Assembly (NCBI GenBank): GCA_001509345.1
Contig: LGGM01000013.1
Span: 846-32,845, forward strand
Reading direction: 5' to 3'
Length of the DNA: 32,000 nucleotides
From: Clostridiales bacterium 38_11
GTDB taxonomy: Bacteria > Bacillota > Clostridia > Tissierellales > Dethiosulfatibacteraceae
Position 1 is the first letter of the stretch. Every line of letters begins with the position of its first letter. The translations under genes were made by a program, and so were the position numbers. Below, piece after piece: positions 24,820 to 32,000 of this stretch. The notes under the pieces are model-generated. The model searched no databases. It was given only the letters and a program-made list of their open reading frames with translations, and had not been told where the DNA came from.

Positions 24820-26709
24820 ATGAACAGAGTATTTTTTATCAAACCAGAAAACCGTAGCAAAGAATATTTAATCGGCTTATTCAAAGAGCATCCGGAGATA
24901 CAATTTGTTTCCTTTATGGGTGTCGATATCGGTGGAAACGCAACAGATGAAAAAATACCTATTTCTCTTTTTATCAGCGACATGGACGCCATGCTGCAAT
25001 ATGGAATTCAAACCGATGGATCTTCCGTTGAGCTCCAAGGGATAGCAACCTTGAACAATGCAAGGGTGGATATGCTGCCGGATTTGGAAGCTATATGGTT
25101 TGTCGACTATAATTACGATTATTACTGTGATGAAAATGGTCTTCCAGTGGGCTCGTTAAGAATTCCTGCTTATCTGATGCATAATGGAAAATTGGTTTGT
25201 TCCAGATCGATTCTTAAAAGAACAGAAAAAGTTCTTGATGAATCTATAAAAGAGATGTTTGGCAAAAAACCTGAATTAGCCCAAAAATATGGGTTCCAAA
25301 ACGAGGAAATAGATAAAATTGTTTTGACCTCTGCCACAGAGTTAGAACTATGGGTCAATACACCTGATGATAAGGTCAATCTAGATGCGCTTTCAACATC
25401 GCAAAGCCTTAAGGAGCAGTATTGGAAAAGAACTCATGGAATTGTAAGGACTGTGGTGGAAAAATGCATGCATGAGCTGGAAAGATATGGATTGGAACCG
25501 GAAATGGCCCACAAAGAGGTTGGAGGGGTGGCTAGTAAAGTAGGGTCTACAGGAAGGCTTCAACATGTGATGGAACAGCTTGAAATTGACTGGAAATACG
25601 CTGAGGCACTTCAAGCTGCTGACAACGAAATCATCGCTCGGGAAATAATTGAGGATATGTTCAGAAACCATGGACTAGAGGCTACCTTTATGGCAAAACC
25701 GCTGGAGAGTGTTGCCGGTAATGGTGAGCATACACATCTTGGGGCCGCAGTAAGACTAAAATCAGGCAAATACATTAATTTATTCACACCAGTTGATATG
25801 AACAAGGATTTTTTGAGTGAAATTGGATATGGTGCACTCATGGGCATTTTGAGAAATTATGATGTCGTCAATCCATTTGTGTCATCAACCAATGATTCTA
25901 TGAACAGGTTAAAGCCTGGTTTTGAAGCACCTGTTTGTGTTGTTACATCCTTAGGTCACACAAAAGAAGTACCTTCAAGAAACAGATCTATTTTAATTGG
26001 TGTTATTAGAGATTTGAACAATTTGATGGCGACTAGATTTGAACTGAGAGCTCCTAATCCACTGTCCAATACATATCTAGTTATTGCTTCAGCTTATATG
26101 GCTGCATTGGATGGCATTGAAGCTATTATTGCGTCCGGTCTATCAACCGAGGAAATTGAAAAGGAAATCTCGAAAGAAGCGGGAGTGGAGAGTTTCTATT
26201 TGGAGAAAGACAAAAAATACCGTAGTGAATACGACGTTTTTGAACACTATACTGAAGCTGAAAGAAATGCTCTGTTTGGAAGAGCACCAGCAACAGTATA
26301 CGAAAATATTGAAGGTCTCAATCATGGCGGAGAAAGAGTATCCCTTTTAAAACAAGGTGGCGTGTTTACGAATTCATTGGTGGAGTCATATAAATTAGTG
26401 ATTTTGACCAAATGGTCAACAGAATTGGTCGGTAGGATCATACCTCTCAACATTGAAATACTTAGAAGCTTCACTAAACAGCATGAAGACTTTGCTACTG
26501 ATTTGGATGTAATCAGATGGCAAAAGATAAATACACTTCGTGCTGAATTGATGAAGGATAGCTCATCTCAAACCTGCATATTTACTCGTATTAGAGAAGC
26601 CATAGAAAACTGTGAGTACAAAAAAGCTTCTGACCTGCAAATCGAAATGAATTCAAAGATGACTCAAATCAGGAATATGTTTGCAGAATATAGAAGAAAT
26701 ATAGTTTAA
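24820..26709 (+). CDS. glnA: glutamine synthetase-fold enzyme, atypical long form (629 aa)
   Basis: GS motifs are present: beta-grasp QTDGSS, ATELELW (ExE), HKEV...EQLEI, GNGEHTHLG (HxH), RLKPGFEAP, NRSILIG and RFELRAPNPLSNTYL. I moved the start to the ATG at 24820, which has AGGAGGG. The ORF-track TTG at 24757 lies in promoter DNA. Confidence 0.8.
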   Translation: MNRVFFIKPENRSKEYLIGLFKEHPEIQFVSFMGVDIGGNATDEKIPISLFISDMDAMLQYGIQTDGSSVELQGIATLNNARVDMLPDLEAIWFVDYNYDYYCDENGLPVGSLRIPAYLMHNGKLVCSRSILKRTEKVLDESIKEMFGKKPELAQKYGFQNEEIDKIVLTSATELELWVNTPDDKVNLDALSTSQSLKEQYWKRTHGIVRTVVEKCMHELERYGLEPEMAHKEVGGVASKVGSTGRLQHVMEQLEIDWKYAEALQAADNEIIAREIIEDMFRNHGLEATFMAKPLESVAGNGEHTHLGAAVRLKSGKYINLFTPVDMNKDFLSEIGYGALMGILRNYDVVNPFVSSTNDSMNRLKPGFEAPVCVVTSLGHTKEVPSRNRSILIGVIRDLNNLMATRFELRAPNPLSNTYLVIASAYMAALDGIEAIIASGLSTEEIEKEISKEAGVESFYLEKDKKYRSEYDVFEHYTEAERNALFGRAPATVYENIEGLNHGGERVSLLKQGGVFTNSLVESYKLVILTKWSTELVGRIIPLNIEILRSFTKQHEDFATDLDVIRWQKINTLRAELMKDSSSQTCIFTRIREAIENCEYKKASDLQIEMNSKMTQIRNMFAEYRRNIV

Positions 26710-26716
26710 TACTTGA

Positions 26717-26752
26717 CAGTGGCTCGAATTTTTTTTCGAAGCCGCTGTTTTT
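26717..26752 (+). terminator. intrinsic terminator after the GS-like gene
   Basis: CAGTGGCTCGAA (26717-26728) pairs with TCGAAGCCGCTG (26736-26747), with one G-U pair and one bulge. It is followed by TTTTT. Confidence 0.7.
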
Positions 26753-26804
26753 GATTGATTTTATAGCTAGGGCATTGTAATATAGGATTTACAGGAGGCG
26801 TGAT

Positions 26805-27269
26805 ATGTTTAGAGATTTGAGAAGAACAGATAGAAGAATGGAACATTCATCGGTTGAAGCAATACTGCAAGATGGTGATTATGGGGTTATGTCATGCATA
26901 GGAGACGATGGTTATGGTTATGGCGTCGCTTTGAATTATGTATATTGTGATAATGCTATATATTATCATTGCGCCTACGAGGGACATAAGCTCGACGCCA
27001 TAAAAAATAACAATAAAGTCAGCTTTCTTGTTGTCAATAAAAGTTTGGTAATACCTGATGAGTTGAGAACCAGGTATGAGAGCGTTATTGTATTTGGAAA
27101 AGCTTCACTAGTAGAGGGACAAGAAAAGGATGCTGTTTTGTATAGGATTGGCGAAAAGTATTCCAAGGGATTTGAAGATGTTGTGAAGGATGAGATTGAA
27201 AAGATTTCTACTAACACCTGTGTTATGAAAATACAAATTGAGCATAAGGAAGGCAAATGTACTGAATAG
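26805..27269 (+). CDS. pyridoxamine 5'-phosphate oxidase-family flavoprotein (Pyridox_ox_2/NimA-like)
   Basis: The N-terminus MFRDLRRTDRRMEHSSVEAILQDGDYGVMS and a size of about 154 aa are typical of the split-barrel family. RBS is AGGAGG. Confidence 0.75.
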   Translation: MFRDLRRTDRRMEHSSVEAILQDGDYGVMSCIGDDGYGYGVALNYVYCDNAIYYHCAYEGHKLDAIKNNNKVSFLVVNKSLVIPDELRTRYESVIVFGKASLVEGQEKDAVLYRIGEKYSKGFEDVVKDEIEKISTNTCVMKIQIEHKEGKCTE

Positions 27270-27277
27270 GTGAAACA

Positions 27278-27874
27278 ATGAGTCTAATTTGGAAAAGGAA
27301 TTCAATGTTTATAAAAGAATACGATTCAGAAAGATTGTCTTTAAAAATCTTGGGGCCAGAGCACGCAGATCTTGTTCTGGATTATTATTACAGGAATAAA
27401 GATTTTTTTGTTGAATGGGATCCGGAAAGAGAGGACGATTTCTATACAAAATCAAATCAGGCAGATCAGTTGAAATACGAGCTCAGCGAATACAAAAAAG
27501 GCAATTTTTTTAGGCTCTGGATTTTTAAGAAATTGGATGACAGCAAAACGATTGGCAACATCTGTTTCAGCAATATCATTTACGGAAATTTCAGGTCTTG
27601 CTTTCTGGGCTATAAACTGGACATCATGGAGATAAACAAAGGCTATATGACGGAAGCTATACAAAGAGGAATTCAAATCGTTTTTGATGAGTTCGGTCTC
27701 CATAGGATTGAAGTCAATATCATGCCGAGAAATATAAAATCCTTAAGAGTTGCAGAAAAACTTGGCCTTGAGAAGGAGGGTTTTTCCAAAAGTTACTTAT
27801 ATATTAATAAGAAATGGGAGGACCATTACCATTTTGCCACCTATAATGATGACGAGATGGACTATTTTGATTGA
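27278..27874 (+). CDS. GNAT N-acetyltransferase, RimJ/RimL-like (Acetyltransf_3)
   Basis: SERLSLK near the N-terminus, GYKLD...NKGYMTEA (motif A) and N-x-x-S-x-R-V-x-EKLG-x-x-x-EG are present. The start could instead be the ATG at 27305. Confidence 0.8.
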   Translation: MSLIWKRNSMFIKEYDSERLSLKILGPEHADLVLDYYYRNKDFFVEWDPEREDDFYTKSNQADQLKYELSEYKKGNFFRLWIFKKLDDSKTIGNICFSNIIYGNFRSCFLGYKLDIMEINKGYMTEAIQRGIQIVFDEFGLHRIEVNIMPRNIKSLRVAEKLGLEKEGFSKSYLYINKKWEDHYHFATYNDDEMDYFD

Positions 27875-27897
27875 GTATTAAATGATATAAAGAAAAA

Positions 27898-27926
27898 TTG
27901 AAATATTAAGGTTACTTTGATATAAT
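27898..27926 (+). promoter_or_regulatory. near-consensus sigma-A promoter of leuS
   Basis: TTGAAA (27898-27903), a 17-nt spacer, then an extended -10 TGaTATAAT (27918-27926). Confidence 0.7.
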
Positions 27927-27934
27927 ACAATTTA

Positions 27935-27952
27935 TAATTCAATTAATTCAAT
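27935..27952 (+). repeat. perfect tandem 9-mer TAATTCAAT x2 at the start of the leuS leader
   Basis: Read directly from the sequence: 27935-27943 and 27944-27952, just downstream of the -10. Confidence 0.9.
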
Positions 27953-28027
27953 ATATCAGACAGTTTTTCGCTCATTTGAGGTGAAAGACTTTTATTTGTT
28001 GGTGGATAAATTAGGAGGTAGTTTTCA

Positions 28028-30439
28028 ATGGTTTCATACAATCCGGCAGTTATAGAAGCAAAATGGCAAAAGATATGGGAAGATCATCAAACCTTTAAAG
28101 CAGAAGATTTTTCGGATAAACCAAAGTATTACAATCTGGTGGAGTTTCCTTATCCATCCGGAGCGGGTCTGCATGTTGGCCATGTCAGAGCATACACATC
28201 ACTGGAAGTCTTGTCGAGGAAGAGGAGACTACAGGGTTACAATGTGTTGTTTCCGATTGGCTTTGATGCGTTCGGACTACCTACCGAAAACTATGCGATC
28301 CAGACCGGTGAACATCCACGTGTTGTAACGGATAGGAATATTGAGATTTTTTCTTCGCAGTTGAAAAAAATAGGATATTCTTTTGACTGGAGCAGAGTCA
28401 TTGATACAACAAATCCGGAGTATTACAAATGGACACAATGGATTTTTTTAAAACTGTTTGAGAATGGTCTAGCTTTTAGAGATAAAACATACGTCAATTT
28501 CTGCAATGGCTGCAGAGTTGTATTGGCCAACGAGGATTTCAGGGAAGGCAAGTGCGATCGTTGTGGTAGTGAAGTGGTTCAGATGCAAAAGGACGTCTGG
28601 TTTTTACGAATTAGAGAATACGCTGAAAAGCTGTTGGATGGATTGAATGAAGTTGATTATCTGCCGAGAATAAGGCTGGAGCAAGAAAACTGGATAGGCA
28701 AGTCAGTAGGTGCGGAAGTTGATTTTAAAATTAAAGATACCGACGATGTACTGAGAGTTTTTACCACAAGACCGGACACACTCTATGGAGCAACCTTTAT
28801 GGTTATGTCTCCTGAACATCCCTATTTGCACAAATATCACAATCAGATAGAGAACATTCACGAGATACATCATTATCAAATTGAATCACAAAAGAAAACA
28901 GAATTTGAGAGGGTTCAGCTTGCTAAAGAAAAGACAGGCGTGGAATTAAAAGGCTTAAAGGCAATCAATCCTGTCAATAATCAAGAGATATCCATCTGGG
29001 TTGCCGACTATGTCATGATGGGTTACGGAACTGGGGCAATCATGGCAGTGCCCGGACATGACACCAGAGACTGGGAGTTTGCGACAAAATTCAACATTCC
29101 TATCGTTGAGGTTATTAAGGGAGGGGATATCACTAAGGAAGCCTACACAGATACCAATGATGGTATATTAGTCAACTCCGAACTGATTGATGGTTTGAGA
29201 GTCAAGGAAGCAATAGAAAAGATAACTGATATGCTGGAAGCAAAAGGACTTGGCAAACGGACCGTCAATTATAAGATGAAAGACTGGGCATTTAACAGAC
29301 AGAGATACTGGGGAGAGCCATTCCCGGTTGTACACTGTTCTGATTGCGGGATAGTGGCTGTTCCTGAAAAAGATCTTCCGGTCACATTACCGGTTGTTGA
29401 AAGGTATGAACCAACAGATACAGGAGAATCACCACTGGCAACTATAGAGGAATGGGTCAATACGACATGCCCTAAATGTGGTGGAAAAGCTAAAAGAGAA
29501 ACGGATACCATGCCACAGTGGGCTGGTTCAAGCTGGTATTTTTTAAGATATATTGACAACAAGAACAATGAAGCCTTCGCAAGCAAGGAAAAACTGAACT
29601 ATTGGGGTCAGGTCGATTGGTATAATGGCGGGATGGAGCATGTTACGAGACATTTGCTTTATTCAAGATTCTGGCACAGGTTTTTATATGATATCGGAGA
29701 AGTCCCTACAAAAGAGCCCTATGCCAAGAGAACCGCACAGGGATTGATTCTTGGAGGCGACGGGGATAAAATGTCCAAATCCAAAGGAAACGTCGTTAAT
29801 CCAAATGACATCATTGAGGAGTATGGCGCTGACACATTGAGAACCTATGTTATGTTTATAGGAGATTATGAAAAGCCTGTTCCATGGAATGAAAATTCGG
29901 TCAAGGGATCCAAAAGATTTCTGGATAGATTATGGAAGCTTCAAGAAATGGTGACAAACCAGAAAGGTTTTTCAAAAGAACTGGAAACCACTATGCACAG
30001 AACTATTAAAAAGGTGTCTCAAGACTTGGAAGAGATGAAATACAATACAGCTGTTGCTGCATTGATGACATTGATAAACGAGTTTTATGACTACGGTAGC
30101 GTGACCAGAGATGAGCTTAAAGTATTTATCATTTTACTGAATCCAATCGCACCACATATTACAGAGGAGATATGGAATCTTCAGGGATATGAAGGGATGC
30201 TCAACCAGACACAATGGCCTACTTGGGAAGAAGACAAGACAGTTGAGGACATTATCGAGATTCCCGTTCAAATCAATGGAAAAGTCAGAGCAAAGGTCAA
30301 TGTGGCTAAAGATGCTGACGAGATATCCGTTAAGAAAACTGTGATGAATGATGAAAATGTCAAAACGTTCATAGAGAATAAGAAGATAATCAAAGAGATT
30401 TTTGTACCAGGCAAAATATATAATATTGTTGTTAAATAA
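28028..30439 (+). CDS. leuS: leucyl-tRNA synthetase
   Basis: The HIGH-class signature is PYPSGAGLHVGH. The KMSKS loop, a CP1 editing domain (TTRPDTLYGATFMVMSPEHP, GTGAIMAVPGHD) and Zn-binding CxxC pairs are present. The product is 803 aa. Confidence 0.96.
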   Translation: MVSYNPAVIEAKWQKIWEDHQTFKAEDFSDKPKYYNLVEFPYPSGAGLHVGHVRAYTSLEVLSRKRRLQGYNVLFPIGFDAFGLPTENYAIQTGEHPRVVTDRNIEIFSSQLKKIGYSFDWSRVIDTTNPEYYKWTQWIFLKLFENGLAFRDKTYVNFCNGCRVVLANEDFREGKCDRCGSEVVQMQKDVWFLRIREYAEKLLDGLNEVDYLPRIRLEQENWIGKSVGAEVDFKIKDTDDVLRVFTTRPDTLYGATFMVMSPEHPYLHKYHNQIENIHEIHHYQIESQKKTEFERVQLAKEKTGVELKGLKAINPVNNQEISIWVADYVMMGYGTGAIMAVPGHDTRDWEFATKFNIPIVEVIKGGDITKEAYTDTNDGILVNSELIDGLRVKEAIEKITDMLEAKGLGKRTVNYKMKDWAFNRQRYWGEPFPVVHCSDCGIVAVPEKDLPVTLPVVERYEPTDTGESPLATIEEWVNTTCPKCGGKAKRETDTMPQWAGSSWYFLRYIDNKNNEAFASKEKLNYWGQVDWYNGGMEHVTRHLLYSRFWHRFLYDIGEVPTKEPYAKRTAQGLILGGDGDKMSKSKGNVVNPNDIIEEYGADTLRTYVMFIGDYEKPVPWNENSVKGSKRFLDRLWKLQEMVTNQKGFSKELETTMHRTIKKVSQDLEEMKYNTAVAALMTLINEFYDYGSVTRDELKVFIILLNPIAPHITEEIWNLQGYEGMLNQTQWPTWEEDKTVEDIIEIPVQINGKVRAKVNVAKDADEISVKKTVMNDENVKTFIENKKIIKEIFVPGKIYNIVVK

Positions 30440-30450
30440 TGGATAGGAAT

Positions 30451-30483
30451 AAAAAAACGGGAAACTAAATTTCTCGTTTTTTT
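30451..30483 (+). terminator. intrinsic terminator after leuS
   Basis: An A-run, then the stem CGGGAAA (30458-30464) with TTTCTCG (30470-30476, one G-U pair), then TTTTTTT. Confidence 0.8.
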
Positions 30484-30505
30484 GTGGTTTCGATCACTAA
30501 AAAAA

Positions 30506-30514
30506 TGATATAAT
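30506..30514 (+). promoter_or_regulatory. extended -10 element upstream of the crotonase cassette
   Basis: TGaTATAAT at 30506-30514, with no good -35. Confidence 0.45.
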
Positions 30515-30549
30515 AGCAATATGTATATATTAACTCACAGGAGGTTTCA

Positions 30550-31326
30550 ATGAATTACACAAGTGTTTTAGTCAAGAAAGCTGATAAAATAGGCACTATA
30601 ACTTTAAACAGACCAAATGATAATAATACTTTCAATATTGAGTTGGCAACAGAATTAAACTGCGCACTTAAGGACATGGAGCAAGATCCAGAAGTTAATG
30701 TTGTTGTTATTAATGCAAATGGAAAGAATTTTTGCACAGGAATCGACGTGCGGTATGTGGATGGCAAATCACATTCTGAGTATCTGGTATGGTCGGAACT
30801 GATGGGGAAAATGAATATTACCATGTCTGAGATGGGGAAGCCTGTTATAGCATCTGTCCGAAATATTGCTGTCGCCAATGGTGTCGGAATTGTTGCAGCA
30901 TGTGATATTGCCATAGCTTCGAAAAATGCCCGGTTCGGAGCAACAGCTGTCAATATTGGTCTTTTTTGTGTAGGCCCCGCAGTTCCGCTGCTAAGGAATC
31001 TTGGAAGAAAAAGAACACTTGAATTGATTATGACTGGTGACTTAATTGATTCGGATGAGGCCTTGCGTATTGGTTTGGTTAATAAAGTCGTTGATGATGA
31101 CAGATTGGAAGAAGAAACGTTGAAGTTTGCGGGAAAATTGGCTGCTAAAAGTCCTTTGGCACTTCAATCAGGTAAGAAATCGTTCTATAAGATGGAAGAC
31201 TTAAGTCTACGGCAGGCTTTGGATATAACAGATAATCATTTTGCAACCCTGTGTACGACAGAAGATGGACAGGAGGGTGTGAAGGCCTTTTTGGATAAAA
31301 GAAAACCGGTGTGGAAAAAAAAGTAA
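30550..31326 (+). CDS. crotonase-fold (enoyl-CoA hydratase/isomerase superfamily) protein, probably not a hydratase
   Basis: It aligns along its full length to crotonases (TLNRPN..N, FCTGIDV, KPVIASV, ACDIAIASKNARFG, EALRIGLVNKVV, EGVKAFLDKRKP). The two hydratase Glu positions read Gly and Ala. Confidence 0.85.
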   Translation: MNYTSVLVKKADKIGTITLNRPNDNNTFNIELATELNCALKDMEQDPEVNVVVINANGKNFCTGIDVRYVDGKSHSEYLVWSELMGKMNITMSEMGKPVIASVRNIAVANGVGIVAACDIAIASKNARFGATAVNIGLFCVGPAVPLLRNLGRKRTLELIMTGDLIDSDEALRIGLVNKVVDDDRLEEETLKFAGKLAAKSPLALQSGKKSFYKMEDLSLRQALDITDNHFATLCTTEDGQEGVKAFLDKRKPVWKKK

Positions 31327-31338
31327 GGAGTGGAAATT

Positions 31339-31497
31339 ATGGTAGAAATAAACCATAAAATCAATCAATTAGCTTCTCTGGTAAAAAAAGCAACAAAGGT
31401 TTATATCAATAGAGAGATGGAATGCCAAAGCAGCTTCGAACTTACAGTACAAGAAAATATCAAAGACATTCTTGTTGAATTGGAGAAACTGTTATGA
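31339..31497 (+). CDS. 52-aa hypothetical protein (below the ORF-track cutoff)
   Basis: AAGGAG (31325-31330) lies 8 nt before the ATG. The translation is MVEINHKINQLASLVKKATKVYINREMECQSSFELTVQENIKDILVELEKLL. Its stop overlaps the next start (ATGA at 31494-31497). Confidence 0.4.
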   Translation: MVEINHKINQLASLVKKATKVYINREMECQSSFELTVQENIKDILVELEKLL

Positions 31498-32000
31498 ATA
31501 ACTTGTTTACCACAGACAGACTTCTGATTAGATCAGCTGATGAAAACGACCTGAAGTTCATCATGAGTTTGGAACAAAACGAAGAAAACAATCAATTTGT
31601 ATTCCAGGGAACAGTAGAAGAGCATTTAGATGAGATTAGGGATGAGAATATTTTTTTGATGATCATCGAAGATAAATCCAATCACCACCCGGCAGGTTTT
31701 ATTTTGGCGGGCATCAATAGAAAATCAGACATCGTTGAGCTAAGAAGAATTGTCATATCAGAAAAGAATATGGGACTTGGTAAAGAAACGATATCAGGCT
31801 TTATGCAATATTGTTTTAAAGAATTGTCTATCAATAGGTTTTGGCTTGATGTATTCACTGATAACCATGCAGGTATTCATCTGTACAGAAATTTAGGAAT
31901 GAACCTTGATGGAGTGTTGAGGGAGTCCTACAAATCCGAAAATCAGTACAGAAATCAAATGATTTTCTCTATGCTGAGAAAAGAATTTTCCGGTCTTTAA
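31494..32000 (+). CDS. GNAT N-acetyltransferase, RimL-like (Acetyltransf_3)
   Basis: TDRLLIRSADENDL at the N-terminus, motif A EKNMGLGKE and N-x-x-G-I-H-L-Y-x-x-LG-M are present. The stop TAA is the last codon of the window. Confidence 0.85.
   Translation: MNNLFTTDRLLIRSADENDLKFIMSLEQNEENNQFVFQGTVEEHLDEIRDENIFLMIIEDKSNHHPAGFILAGINRKSDIVELRRIVISEKNMGLGKETISGFMQYCFKELSINRFWLDVFTDNHAGIHLYRNLGMNLDGVLRESYKSENQYRNQMIFSMLRKEFSGL

Noticed and set aside
27875-28027. A degenerate T-box upstream of leuS.
   Set aside because: No AGAGA bulge, GGTGNRA distal loop or TGGTACCGCG-like antiterminator sequence is present. The leader is also too short, at about 95 nt.
31339-32000. A small upstream ORF overlapping a GNAT by ATGA, as a TacA/TacT- or AtaR/AtaT-like type II toxin-antitoxin pair.
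   Set aside because: The GNAT is of the RimL/Acetyltransf_3 type, not the TacT/AtaT type. The 52-aa ORF shows no ribbon-helix-helix or DUF1778-like pattern. The pair also appears to be part of an operon with the crotonase gene. I kept it only as an open question inside the cassette finding.
1-32000. CRISPR arrays, tRNA or rRNA genes, IS elements, integrases, phage genes or a compositionally distinct island.
   Set aside because: I saw no regularly spaced direct repeats. No intergenic gap is large enough for an RNA gene except the two T-box leaders and the hpf upstream region. No transposase or recombinase-like ORFs are present. Composition looks uniformly AT-rich by eye, although GC content was not computed.

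Overview
AT-rich, gene-dense chromosomal segment with the gene order of a low-GC Firmicute, probably Clostridia-like. Supporting blocks are yabM-yabN-hup-yabO, T-box-metG-tatD, rnmV-rsmA and recD2-comFC-hpf. I count about 31 CDS, and almost all are core housekeeping genes. They include a T-box-controlled leuA-leuC-leuD-leuB operon, a convergent acyl-ACP thioesterase/NfeD/SPFH block, recD2, comFC, hpf and a SpoVB/MurJ-like flippase. They also include yabN(mazG), HU, yabO, T-box-metG, tatD, rsmA, rnmV, a HAD-sirtuin pair, a long glutamine-synthetase-fold gene, leuS and several GNAT acetyltransferases. The window starts inside an ABC transporter operon. I found no rRNA, tRNA, CRISPR array, transposase, integrase or phage genes. 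I see no convincing defence island or mobile element, so no strong novel system can be claimed from sequence alone. The most unusual items are: (1) a cassette at 30550-32000 with a crotonase-fold protein lacking both hydratase glutamates, a translationally coupled 52-aa ORF and a GNAT; (2) a GNAT-nitrilase fusion gene whose GNAT domain is broken by an internal deletion/frameshift (20191-21650); (3) an atypical 629-aa GS-fold enzyme; (4) a possible thioesterase-NfeD-SPFH operon; (5) leuS without a T-box, flanked by RimJ/RimL-type GNATs; and (6) several exact palindromes and short repeats at promoters or leaders. All homology calls come from reading the translations and recalling family motifs. 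No database search was run.
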